A DNA stretch of 64,000 nt. It comes from Candidatus Terrybacteria bacterium RIFCSPHIGHO2_01_FULL_48_17 (GTDB lineage: Bacteria > Patescibacteriota > Minisyncoccia > Terrybacterales > 2-01-FULL-58-14). Shown here in pieces: positions 36,481-45,954 of the stretch (positions are counted from its first letter, which is position 1; every line of letters starts with the position of its first letter). Location of the stretch: assembly GCA_001822835.1 (NCBI GenBank), contig MHSS01000004.1:7186-71185 (forward strand). The letters run 5' to 3'. The notes beneath the pieces were generated by a model. It searched no databases and had not been told where the DNA came from. It saw nothing but the letters and a program-made list of their open reading frames with translations. Made by a program: the position numbers and the translations under genes.

Positions 36481-37341
36481 ATGCCGGTTTTAACGCCTCA
36501 ACTATCTCCGCAACTTTTGGAAACCGCAGGGGACGAACGCACAGAAAAAGCCATCGCTTGGATCGCACAACGTTGGAAACTAAAAAGTGCTGACGATTTT
36601 GTGGCACAAGGCGCAAATTTTCAAGAAGCCCTCAGGCAATCACAAGTTTTTGTCCTTTCGCAAACAGTAGGAGAAGTGCTTGCGGGCAAGCTTCACCCCA
36701 ATTTTGTGGTAAAAACCCTTGAAGAACGCCTGAATATTCCACGCGACCGTGCACGCGACATTGCACATGACGTTTCGCGCGAAATTTTCTCGCGCGTACG
36801 AAGGGAGCTCATGGATTATTACCGGATAACGCCCGAACAGAAAGTTGCGCACCCCTCTCGGGACGCGGACCTACGCGGACAGGACGCAGACAAACACGGA
36901 CAACAGGAAGAGCCGATGAAGCCGTCAATGGCGGAGAGCATACAGGGTACAGGGTACAGGGCACAGGAATCAGAAGACGGGGGACAGGGAATAGAAATTG
37001 GGGAACCGGGATTGGCAATCAGTAATCAGAAATCAGAAATCGGGGATCGGGGGATGGAAGTTAAGGAAGAAGCACCGGCGCCGCCGCAAGAATCAGAATT
37101 AAAAGAGATCCCGCAACAACCACCTTTTGATGCGACGTTAGGCAAACCAAGTTTGGTAGAACAAGTGGAAGAAAAGTCGTTTCCCGAAAACATACAGCAA
37201 ACAGGGGACAGGGGACAGGAAACCGGGGCACAGGGGACGGGGGACGGGGGACAGGGGACAGTAAACGGAAAACCCGTTGCCGGACACGATAAACCGGAGC
37301 ACTTTGAGCCAGGACCGGGCCAGGTTATCGATCTAAGATGA
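36481..37341 (+). CDS. hypothetical protein; helical N-domain with repeat-built disordered C-terminus
   Basis: N-terminal domain followed by 7-nt and 10-nt periodic arrays read in frame; ends VIDLR. Confidence 0.75.
   Translation: MPVLTPQLSPQLLETAGDERTEKAIAWIAQRWKLKSADDFVAQGANFQEALRQSQVFVLSQTVGEVLAGKLHPNFVVKTLEERLNIPRDRARDIAHDVSREIFSRVRRELMDYYRITPEQKVAHPSRDADLRGQDADKHGQQEEPMKPSMAESIQGTGYRAQESEDGGQGIEIGEPGLAISNQKSEIGDRGMEVKEEAPAPPQESELKEIPQQPPFDATLGKPSLVEQVEEKSFPENIQQTGDRGQETGAQGTGDGGQGTVNGKPVAGHDKPEHFEPGPGQVIDLR
36941..37059 (+). repeat. ~17-unit mixed heptamer array, in frame
   Basis: TACAGGG x3, CACAGGA, ATCAGAA, GACGGGG, GACAGGG, AATAGAA, ... AATCAGT, AATCAGA x2, AATCGGG in an unbroken 7-nt register. 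Confidence 0.85.
37201..37264 (+). repeat. (ACAGGGG)-type heptamer array, G-quadruplex-prone
   Basis: About nine units; seven G-tracts of at least 4 G. Confidence 0.9.
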
Positions 37342-37407
37342 GTTGAAAATTAAAGGTTAAGAGTTAAGAGTTAAATTCTTAATTCTCGATTTTAGATTTT
37401 TAATTTA

Positions 37408-37860
37408 TTGAGTGTGCAAGTCAAAGTTCCCAAATTCATTGATATTGAAGATAAAGTTATTTTTGGCTTAACCTGGCGCCAATTTTTATTCTTGGGCGTA
37501 GGTGGCGGAGTCGGCATTGTTGCGTTCTATGTTTTAGTACAACCCTTAGGAACAGCAATCGGTGTTGTTTCTATGACCATTGGTGCAATCTTTGCGTTAG
37601 TCAAAATAAACAACCGCCCCATGCATATATTTGTATATTCATTGTGGAACTATTTTTTTAACCCACGCCAATACACATGGAAAAAAGAAGCGACCGCGGC
37701 AAGGACAGCGAAAGTGACCAAAATCACAAAAAAGGAGACGCCGGCAACTCCCAAAACCATAACTCCGGAACGACTAAAACGCCTTTCGGTATTGCTAGAT
37801 ATCCAAGGACAAAAACAATCTGATGCCAATGTCAAAGTCCAAAGCTCAAATGCCAAATAA
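37408..37860 (+). CDS. PrgI family (VirB3-like) membrane protein
   Basis: VPKFIDIEDKVIFGLTWRQF, two TMs, NRP...PRQYTWKK. Confidence 0.88.
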   Translation: MSVQVKVPKFIDIEDKVIFGLTWRQFLFLGVGGGVGIVAFYVLVQPLGTAIGVVSMTIGAIFALVKINNRPMHIFVYSLWNYFFNPRQYTWKKEATAARTAKVTKITKKETPATPKTITPERLKRLSVLLDIQGQKQSDANVKVQSSNAK

Positions 37861-37970
37861 AACCCAAAATCCCAAGCTCAAATACCAAAACCCGTGCGTT
37901 TTTATGCTTTGGATTTTCGTCATTGATTTGTCATTTGGATTTTGAAATTTGGATTTAGTAGCCGTTGCTT

Positions 37971-38633
37971 ATGCCTCAAGTATCCACCCAATCGTTTCTT
38001 CAGTTTGAGTTCGTCCGTGAAGGCGCGATTGTCCTTCGGGGCGGAGGACTGCGTGCAATTTTAATGGTGTCGGGATCAAATTTCGGCCTGAAATCCCAGG
38101 AAGAGCAAGAGGCAACGGTATATGCATTTCAGAATTTCCTCAATTCTCTTGATTTTGACATCCAAATAACCATACATTCGCGTAAAATTGATATCGAACC
38201 CTATCTTGCAACGCTTGGAGAACGTCTTGAACGGGCAGAGACCGATCTTTTGCGCGTGCAGACGCGCGAATATATCGAGTTTATCCGTTCTTTTGTTGAA
38301 GGCGCAAACATTATGGCAAAGCAGTTTTTTGTCATAGTGCCATACGACCCGGTAACCGGCACCAAAGAAAGGGGAGTTGTAGCAAAAGCAAGGGCACTGC
38401 TTCCTGTTTCAAAAAAAGAAACGGTTTTAGAGGAAGAAAATTTTGAAACAAATCGCAAACAGCTTATGGAGCGCGTTGAGTTTACGGTTCAGGGCCTGCA
38501 TAAAACCGGTCTTCGCTCAACCGCGCTCTCAACGGAAGAGATTATAGAACTTCTGTGGAAGCTTTATAATCCGGAAAAGGAAGCAAAGGGACAAATGCCA
38601 AATTTTGAAGAACTTGGTGCGGCTTCGGACTAA
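37971..38633 (+). CDS. VirB4/TraC N-terminal-like accessory protein
   Basis: NFGLKSQEEQ...FQNFLNSLDFDIQI...FFVIVPY; lies between PrgI and VirB4. Confidence 0.78.
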   Translation: MPQVSTQSFLQFEFVREGAIVLRGGGLRAILMVSGSNFGLKSQEEQEATVYAFQNFLNSLDFDIQITIHSRKIDIEPYLATLGERLERAETDLLRVQTREYIEFIRSFVEGANIMAKQFFVIVPYDPVTGTKERGVVAKARALLPVSKKETVLEEENFETNRKQLMERVEFTVQGLHKTGLRSTALSTEEIIELLWKLYNPEKEAKGQMPNFEELGAASD

Positions 38634-38711
38634 CCTGCACAATAAGTTTCTATGAGTTTCGCCGAGCAAATATCTATAAATTTCTGAAACTAATGGATTG
38701 AAATTGATTGT

Positions 38712-40493
38712 ATGAACCCCCCTAAAGCTCAACTTTCTCCCGAAGAACTCTTTGAACGAGGCGTTGCAACCTTGAAGGATTTGCTTGCGCCATCAGCCCT
38801 GGAGTTTTCCCAAAACACCATAAAAATAGGCGAGCGCTATACGCGCATTCTTTTTGCGTTTTCCTACCCCCGCTACCTTACAACCAACTGGCTTTCACCT
38901 ATTATTAACCTTGATCAAACCATTGACGTAACCATGTTTGTTCAGCCGGTAGAGACCGCGGAGATGCTAAAAAAAATGGAAAAGAAGGTCGCCGAGGTTG
39001 AATCGCAAATGATGGAACGAGAAGAAAAAGGGCGGGTGCGCGACCCGATGCTGGAGACCGCCTATAAGGATCTTGAGGATTTGCGCGATAAATTACAGCA
39101 GGCCCGTGATAGAATGTTTCAGTTTTCGCTTTATATCACTATCTGGGGAAGATCCGAAGAAGAGCTTGCTTCCATTGAAAATACAATTCGCTCCCAACTT
39201 GAAGGACGGCTTGTATATATGAAGCCGGCAATTTTTCAACAAGAAGAGGCCCTTAAATCCGTGCTGCCGTACGCGGATAATTGGCTTAAGATATCAACAA
39301 ATTTGGACGCGGAAACCATTGCAACGGCCTTCCCGTTTATTTCGCTGGATCTCACCATGAACCACGGGGTGCTTTACGGCATTAACCGGCACAATAATTC
39401 CCTCGTTATTTTTGACCGCTTCTCGTTACCCAACGCAAATTCCGTAATGTTTGGAATTTCCGGAGGGGGAAAATCCTATGCAGCAAAACTTGAGGTGCTG
39501 CGCGCGCTTATGTTTGGCACCGATGTTATAGTGGTTGACCCGGAGAACGAATATGAGCATTTGGCCCGTGCAGCTGGCGGAACTTTCGCCCATATCTCTC
39601 TTACCGCAAAACAGCATATCAACCCTTTCGATTTGCCGCCCATAACGGAAGACGAAAGCCCTAAAGAAATTTTTAGATCCCATCTCCTCGAAGTCGTGGG
39701 GCTACTGAAAGTAATGCTGGGCAAAAATATCACCCCGGATGAGGAAGCGATTGTTGACCGTGCGGTTACGGAAACCTATGCCTCACGCAATATCACATCG
39801 GAAAGCGATTTCTCGATCATCACAGCCCCGCTTTTTTCCGATTTCCTCTCGGTGTTAGGAGATCTTGAGGGAGGAAGAGTTCTTGCGCAACGGCTTGAAA
39901 AATTTACAAAGGGTGCGTATGCGGGTTTCTTGGATCAACCGACGAACGTGGATATTAACCGCCGCTTTATTGTATTTAGCATCCGGGATCTTGAAGAAGA
40001 GTTGCGACCGATTGCGATGTACATTATTTTACATTTTATCTGGAATCGTATACGCGCATCTTTAAAAAAACGGCTTTTGGTTATTGATGAAGCGTGGTGG
40101 CTTATGCAAAAAGAGGATGGCGCCGCGTTCTTGTTTTCCATCGCCAAGCGGGCTCGAAAATATTTCCTTGGCATCGCAACCATCACCCAAGACGTAGCGG
40201 ATTTTATGGGATCCCCCTACGGCCAGCCCATTGTCGCAAACTCATCGCTTCAATTGCTCTTTAAACAGTCGCCCGCAACTATTGATGCCGTGCAGAAAAC
40301 GTTTAACCTTACGGACGAAGAGAGGTATCTGTTGCTGGAAAGCGCGGTAGGAGACGCATTGTTTTTTGCCGGTCTTAAACATGTGGCTATACAGGTTGTG
40401 GCTTCGTACACAGAAGATCAGATTATTACATCGGATCCTTCCCAGCTTTTGGCAATAAAGCGCGCACGAGAAAACCTTACACAAAAACAGTGA
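38712..40493 (+). CDS. virB4: VirB4/TraC-like ATPase
   Basis: GISGGGKS, VDPENEY, INPFD, VIDEAW, KRARKY, ITQD. Confidence 0.92.
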   Translation: MNPPKAQLSPEELFERGVATLKDLLAPSALEFSQNTIKIGERYTRILFAFSYPRYLTTNWLSPIINLDQTIDVTMFVQPVETAEMLKKMEKKVAEVESQMMEREEKGRVRDPMLETAYKDLEDLRDKLQQARDRMFQFSLYITIWGRSEEELASIENTIRSQLEGRLVYMKPAIFQQEEALKSVLPYADNWLKISTNLDAETIATAFPFISLDLTMNHGVLYGINRHNNSLVIFDRFSLPNANSVMFGISGGGKSYAAKLEVLRALMFGTDVIVVDPENEYEHLARAAGGTFAHISLTAKQHINPFDLPPITEDESPKEIFRSHLLEVVGLLKVMLGKNITPDEEAIVDRAVTETYASRNITSESDFSIITAPLFSDFLSVLGDLEGGRVLAQRLEKFTKGAYAGFLDQPTNVDINRRFIVFSIRDLEEELRPIAMYIILHFIWNRIRASLKKRLLVIDEAWWLMQKEDGAAFLFSIAKRARKYFLGIATITQDVADFMGSPYGQPIVANSSLQLLFKQSPATIDAVQKTFNLTDEERYLLLESAVGDALFFAGLKHVAIQVVASYTEDQIITSDPSQLLAIKRARENLTQKQ

Positions 40494-40497
40494 CACT

Positions 40498-40824
40498 ATG
40501 AACGAAGAGGAGTATACTGGAAACGAAGAGGAGGAAGAGCTTACACAACGCCAAGCGCTCGCTCAAGAGCGCGGCGACGCACAAACAGCAGGGCACTATT
40601 TAAAACAACAAGCGCAACAACAGGCAGTGCGCGCTGGAATGCAAATGGCAAAACAAGTGGTAAGACGTGTTGTGGTACAAGCGGCAATTCGAGGCATCAT
40701 CATACTGCTTACCAATCCTGTCGCGCTAGTTATAGAAGGCGTTATTTTGCTTATCATTATCGTGGTTCTTATCGTAATATACGGCGGATTCTATATCCAA
40801 GAAGGGGCCTCCCAAATTTTATGA
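40498..40824 (+). CDS. small membrane protein
   Basis: Acidic N-terminus, C-terminal TM; ATGA overlap with the next gene. Confidence 0.75.
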   Translation: MNEEEYTGNEEEEELTQRQALAQERGDAQTAGHYLKQQAQQQAVRAGMQMAKQVVRRVVVQAAIRGIIILLTNPVALVIEGVILLIIIVVLIVIYGGFYIQEGASQIL

Positions 40825-41906
40825 AGAGGAAAATCTCCTATAGTTATCACAGGCTACTGCTTTGGTGTATAGGCGCTTTTATGGCAATGGCGATTCTTCC
40901 CTTTGTCGCCAACGCTATGTTGCCTGCAGACGGCGGTCTTGGTGGCGTGGGAGCCCCGGGTCAAAGTCAAAACATCAGCAGCCCTCGTCCGAAACTCGAA
41001 GAGGGTCTTGAGCTTCCTCTCCCCGGCGCCCCTGATTTTTCAACCGGCGATCCTGCTGACATTATCGGCTGGTTCTTTTTCTTTACGATGGGCATAGTCG
41101 GGATCCTGGCGCTTATTATGTTGGTTGTCGGGGGAGTGCAATTCACCGCTTCTGCCATTGATCCCGAAGCACGAACCCAAGCACGTAATCGGATACGAGC
41201 AGCCCTTACCGGCCTTTTGCTTGCACTCGTTTCATTTGTGCTTCTCTATACGCTCAATCCAGATCTTGTCAATTTGCGTAGCCCCTCGCTTCCGTGTGTT
41301 TCGTGTGCTTGCCTTGATAGCACGCGAGCGGCTCCCGGACTGAATGTAAATAATTGCGTACAATCAGATCAAGCGGCCTATAGTACGGGCATCCGTGAAA
41401 CAGGAGCGTTTAATACCGACCCCTGTTTGACCTCTGCGATCGCAAGTATTGATCCTAATAGATTAAAGCTCTTGGACGACGCCGGACGCACAGCCGAATA
41501 CGCGAGGGCGTCGGCTGCAAAGGGATGCGGATTTGTTTTTATTGCGGACGATGACAAAACCAATACCACGTGTGCGGCCTATTGCATGCAGAAAAAGGCA
41601 GATAGTTGTGACTATCGCAACGAGCCGGGGTGTAGTTGTAAATCAATCTATGAGCAAACAAAAAACTGGGCATGCAAAACCATGGGTCTCAATACCGTAT
41701 GCAATGAAGAAAAAGACAGCCCCGATGATTCCCAACTTTTCGGATGCCCGCTCCTTGGTTCGTATGTCGAATACGCGACAAATCTCGGCGGAGATTACGA
41801 TGCCTGTAAGTGCGCATCTACAGTAACATGTGCGGATGACGAGGTTATCTCGCTCGTGAAGGATACATTTAAGGAATTGCCGGGCTGGGCGGGTGGCTGC
41901 AACTAA
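40821..41906 (+). CDS. VirB2/TrbC-like pilin with Cys-rich C-terminal extension
   Basis: LVVGGVQFTAS..P.....AR.RI..AL.GLLLAL.SFVLLYTLNPDL pilin pattern. Confidence 0.8.
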   Translation: MKRKISYSYHRLLLWCIGAFMAMAILPFVANAMLPADGGLGGVGAPGQSQNISSPRPKLEEGLELPLPGAPDFSTGDPADIIGWFFFFTMGIVGILALIMLVVGGVQFTASAIDPEARTQARNRIRAALTGLLLALVSFVLLYTLNPDLVNLRSPSLPCVSCACLDSTRAAPGLNVNNCVQSDQAAYSTGIRETGAFNTDPCLTSAIASIDPNRLKLLDDAGRTAEYARASAAKGCGFVFIADDDKTNTTCAAYCMQKKADSCDYRNEPGCSCKSIYEQTKNWACKTMGLNTVCNEEKDSPDDSQLFGCPLLGSYVEYATNLGGDYDACKCASTVTCADDEVISLVKDTFKELPGWAGGCN

Positions 41907-43135
41907 GGAATCGTAGCCAGCACGACCACAAAGAGAACGGCTAAGTCGTTTTTAAGAATTGGGGTATCGATAAGGCCGTGGAGAATAATCGCAGCTAGAG
42001 CTGCGAAGGGAATAGGGAATAGGGAATAGGGAATAGACGAGGAATGGCGAAGCGCTAGGAGCGCTTTTTTTGTTATGACAAAAAGGAGCCATAAAAAACC
42101 GGAGAGTCCCAAAAGGCCTGCGGACAACCAGATAGCAAGAAAAATGTTATGTGGTTGCGGCACTGCCCACTCAAGGTATGGAGGAAATTGCGGCTGCACG
42201 CTAAGGAAATAATACTGAAATGCCCCGGGACCAATACCAAAAAACCAATGGTCTTTTAAAATTTCAAGTGCGGCTTGCCATACCATAATGCGTGAAGCAA
42301 AAGAGGAACGAGCGCCGGTATCGAAAACAATAAAGGCCGCAGTTGTTGCGACAACCACCAAGAAAAGTGCGGCAAAAACTGCTTTAAGGGGAATCTTGCG
42401 TGTAAGCAATAAAAGCGTAAGCGCGCCAAGCGCGGCGCTTATGATGCCTCCCGATGATTGTGTAAACAAAAGGGCTATAGCGATAACGCCAAACGCTATA
42501 CCAAAACCAAAGCGTATTTTTTTAGTTGTCTCAAAGAGGAACAATCCAAGCGCAACGGCAAGCGCTGGGGCCAATACCATCGCAAGATGGTTTGGCGACA
42601 AAAAAAATCCGCGCAAGCGCATATCATACGTTACAAAATCGCCACCAAACAGGGCGCCAATAAGCGCACCGCTTGCTTGAAGCGCAGCCCCCACAACAAC
42701 TGCCGCCAAAAACAGTTTTTTGTTTCGGACATCTTGCTGCACAAACGCATACGCCGCAACGCCGAATAAAACAGGTAGGATAAAAATGCTTTTTAACTCT
42801 CCCAGTGCCCGCAACTGCAACCAAAAACCAGCCGTAATCGTAGCGAAGGCGGCGCCCAAAATAATTAAACTAGCCGGGGCTATCCACCATGGCAGGGAAA
42901 GCTCAATTTTTTTGCGCAACCACAAAGCGAAAAACCCCGCAAGGGCCCCCATCACCAAAAGATCAAGAGCGTTTGTACGCAGCGCGCCTTCGCGGATACG
43001 GATAAGATAAAGCGGCGTTAATAAAATAACCACCACAACGGCATCGCGCGGCCTCAACAAAGTAAGCACAAGGAACAACCCCGCTCCTGCTGCAACCACT
43101 ATAAGCTCAAGCGGGGTGGTGGCGATTATTTCCAT
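41903..43135 (-). CDS. O-antigen ligase (Wzy_C) family protein
   Basis: RLRGFF.SPNHLA, TQSSGG, R..VW, FFGIGPG, PHNIFL, HGLIDTP; (AGGGAAT)x4 array at 42007-42036. Confidence 0.85.
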   Translation of the reverse strand: MEIIATTPLELIVVAAGAGLFLVLTLLRPRDAVVVVILLTPLYLIRIREGALRTNALDLLVMGALAGFFALWLRKKIELSLPWWIAPASLIILGAAFATITAGFWLQLRALGELKSIFILPVLFGVAAYAFVQQDVRNKKLFLAAVVVGAALQASGALIGALFGGDFVTYDMRLRGFFLSPNHLAMVLAPALAVALGLFLFETTKKIRFGFGIAFGVIAIALLFTQSSGGIISAALGALTLLLLTRKIPLKAVFAALFLVVVATTAAFIVFDTGARSSFASRIMVWQAALEILKDHWFFGIGPGAFQYYFLSVQPQFPPYLEWAVPQPHNIFLAIWLSAGLLGLSGFLWLLFVITKKALLALRHSSSIPYSLFPIPFAALAAIILHGLIDTPILKNDLAVLFVVVLATIP

Positions 43136-44384
43136 AAAAAGAGAGTTGTGCCGTGCCAGCCGCAAAACCAGCCAGCACAACAAATACAAACAACACCTGT
43201 GGCGAGTAGAGCGTTGTTTCTACTAAAGATTGGGCGGCAAACACGGCGATTGATGCGGCAAAGCCATGTGCCAAAAGCGTTTTTTGTTTAACAAACGCCA
43301 AAAAAGCAGCGTAAAGCATACCGACCCAGAACATAAGGCCAAATATGCCAAGCTCGGATGCCATCTCAAGATAGGTATTGTGCGCATTGGTAGGAATACG
43401 AAAAGCAAGTTGGGGCCCAAGAGTCGCCGCAAGCCCTCCGAGCCCAACGCCCAATAACGGATGTTTAAAGAAAATGGTTGTGGTATCCTGCCACAACAAA
43501 AGCCGCGCGGCAAACGACCCTTCGTTCACATCGAAACTCGCGGCGAAACGATCCCGAAAGGGTGCAATAAACAAAAACAGAACAAAAAGGAGAAGCGCTA
43601 CAGAAAATACCATAGCGCGCATGTGACCAGAAAAATTCCGCCATCGTAACACCGCAAACACGAAAAATCCGACAAGCACCGCCGCGTACCCGCCGCGGGA
43701 AAACGATAGGATAATTGCAGCCACCATTAGTATCATTGCAAAAATTGCGAAGGGGCGCGCGGTGCGCGACATGCTGCCTAAAAGACCGGCGGTGCAAAAA
43801 AAAGCTATGCCCAAAAAAAGCGAAAGCGTGTGAGGATCGGAAAAAGGGAAAAAGGCGCGCAGTATCGGGCCTCCCACATCAACAAAAAAACTTGGAAATT
43901 GAAAAACGGCTTCTGCGGTGGTGTTTCCCCACAAAAAAGGGGCTACGTTTTTTATTGCAGCCACCACCGTTTCCCCTCCAAACAAAAACCCAAGCCCTGC
44001 TTGAAAAACCGCAAGGAGCGCCGCCATAAAACCCCCAAACGCAATACCCGCAGCAAAAAAACGTGCGCGCGCCGCCCAAACCGCCGCAAGCCATAAAACC
44101 GGGAAAAATCCTGCTAAAAAAATAAATTTTCGAACTGCAAATGCCGGTGCTTCCGCCCAAAATAGCGACAATCCAGCAACTGCCAAAAATCCCGTAGCTG
44201 TCCAAAATACGGGGTGTACGGGCACGGGAAACGTCCGTTTCCATAAGAAAAGAACCGCGGTGCATCCATAAATCCCCACAACAAGGATTCGAATAGTTGC
44301 AAGATCCCATGAGCCGATATTGGCTGCCGGCAATATAGGGACAGTCGCCAAAAGCGCAAAAAAGGAAAACTGCAGAAATTTCAT
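43107..44384 (-). CDS. O-antigen ligase (Wzy_C) family protein
   Basis: LRAF..F.DPH, SFSRGGY, R..LW, PLLGVGLG, AHNTYL. Confidence 0.87.
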   Translation of the reverse strand: MKFLQFSFFALLATVPILPAANIGSWDLATIRILVVGIYGCTAVLFLWKRTFPVPVHPVFWTATGFLAVAGLSLFWAEAPAFAVRKFIFLAGFFPVLWLAAVWAARARFFAAGIAFGGFMAALLAVFQAGLGFLFGGETVVAAIKNVAPFLWGNTTAEAVFQFPSFFVDVGGPILRAFFPFSDPHTLSLFLGIAFFCTAGLLGSMSRTARPFAIFAMILMVAAIILSFSRGGYAAVLVGFFVFAVLRWRNFSGHMRAMVFSVALLLFVLFLFIAPFRDRFAASFDVNEGSFAARLLLWQDTTTIFFKHPLLGVGLGGLAATLGPQLAFRIPTNAHNTYLEMASELGIFGLMFWVGMLYAAFLAFVKQKTLLAHGFAASIAVFAAQSLVETTLYSPQVLFVFVVLAGFAAGTAQLSFYGNNRHHPA

Positions 44385-44388
44385 ATTT

Positions 44389-45831
44389 TTAGCGCACTGC
44401 ATGCGCTCGCAAAAGATCAATGTGCTCCTGTGTTATGCCCCGAAACATGCGAAGCGAAAGAATGTAGAGGGCTGGACAGATAATGAGATAGGGGATTAAC
44501 GCGAAAATGCCAAGTTTGTGGCTAATGTCGCCCAAAAACATAAATGGAATCGCCATAACGATCGATGCTGCCAAAGCATACAGAACCCGCATCGTGCGTA
44601 TATATCCGCCAGAGGCCCTCGCGCAAATACACATAAGACCAAACGTTACTACAAATTCTGTAAGGACCGTACTCGTTGCGGCGGCAACATACGAAAAACG
44701 AGGAATAAATATCAGATTTAAACCGAAATTAAGCACCATGCCGATTCCATATGCCCATACCGCCCTTCGTTGCTGGCCAAGCGCAATAACCGCACTTCCA
44801 AAAACATTTCCCAAAAAAATGAGCGCTGCCGCAACCAAGAGAATGCGCAGGGGGGACACCGCCTGCAAAAAATCTTTCCCGCCAAGCGCCTCCACCAAAA
44901 GGGGTGCCAAGAAAAACCCGCCAATCATCAAGGGCATTGCCGCAAACATAATGACTTCAAACAAACGCTGGAGCGTTACTCGAAATGCTTTTAAGTTTTC
45001 TACTGCCTCCAAAGAAAGCCGGGGCATAATAAGTCCCACAAACATTGCAGGAAAGAAAATAAGATACTCAAGCATTTTATAAGCAAGGTTATAAAGGCCT
45101 ACGTCTTCCGGCGGACGCAAAAAAGAAAGCATAACCGTATCCATCCGAAAATAAACAAGGGTAAACAAAAGCCCTATGGCAATAGGGAGGGACTCTCGAA
45201 TAATTCCTTTGGCAACGGGCAATGAAAAAGAGAGCCGGAAGGGAAGATATTGACGCACCGCCCTATAATGCACGGCAAATTGCAGAAACGAGCTTGCCAC
45301 TAACGCAACCAAAAAAAGAACTACCGAGCCCCCCAGTACCGCAATAATGACCGATAAACCAAGCTGTAACACCCTTCCCGCAATTTCGGCTAAGGCAGCC
45401 CAATACGCCTTGAGCCGTTTTTGCAAAGGCGCCATGGAAAGCTGCACTAATGACTGTAGCCAAAACGCAACCGCAGCTAACGGGATACCTATACGTGAAG
45501 CAGGGGATAGGGGAACAAAAACAAGCGCCGCGACAACGCCGATACTCAAAATTACACTAAGCGCCGCAAGGCGAATACTAAACGTTACTGAAAAAAGAGA
45601 CCGCTCGTTTGCGCCAGGACGCGAACTCTCGCGCAAAACATATTGGTAAAGGCCGAGGTCGGCAGCAATACTAAAAAGATACAAAAAAGCTAAAATAGCC
45701 GAATACTCGCCAAAAAACCCAGGCCCCAATGAACGGGTAACGATTCCAATAGAAACTAATGCTAAAACGCCGCCAAAAAGTCGTGCGGCGGCGGATATCA
45801 ACGTATTTGCGGCAACGGTCTGAAACATCAT
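44389..45831 (-). CDS. Wzx-type polysaccharide flippase
   Basis: R.LG...FGEY, DLGL, DTVMLS...VGLYNLAY, LNLIFIP. Confidence 0.88.
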   Translation of the reverse strand: MMFQTVAANTLISAAARLFGGVLALVSIGIVTRSLGPGFFGEYSAILAFLYLFSIAADLGLYQYVLRESSRPGANERSLFSVTFSIRLAALSVILSIGVVAALVFVPLSPASRIGIPLAAVAFWLQSLVQLSMAPLQKRLKAYWAALAEIAGRVLQLGLSVIIAVLGGSVVLFLVALVASSFLQFAVHYRAVRQYLPFRLSFSLPVAKGIIRESLPIAIGLLFTLVYFRMDTVMLSFLRPPEDVGLYNLAYKMLEYLIFFPAMFVGLIMPRLSLEAVENLKAFRVTLQRLFEVIMFAAMPLMIGGFFLAPLLVEALGGKDFLQAVSPLRILLVAAALIFLGNVFGSAVIALGQQRRAVWAYGIGMVLNFGLNLIFIPRFSYVAAATSTVLTEFVVTFGLMCICARASGGYIRTMRVLYALAASIVMAIPFMFLGDISHKLGIFALIPYLIICPALYILSLRMFRGITQEHIDLLRAHAVR

Positions 45832-45954
45832 TAAAAAAATCCAAATAACAAAATCCAAATATCAAATAAAATCCCAAACCCCAATGCCAAAAACCGAACG
45901 TGCGGGTCTTGGACATTACGTCGTTGGACATTTATTTGGCATTTGGATTTGTCT

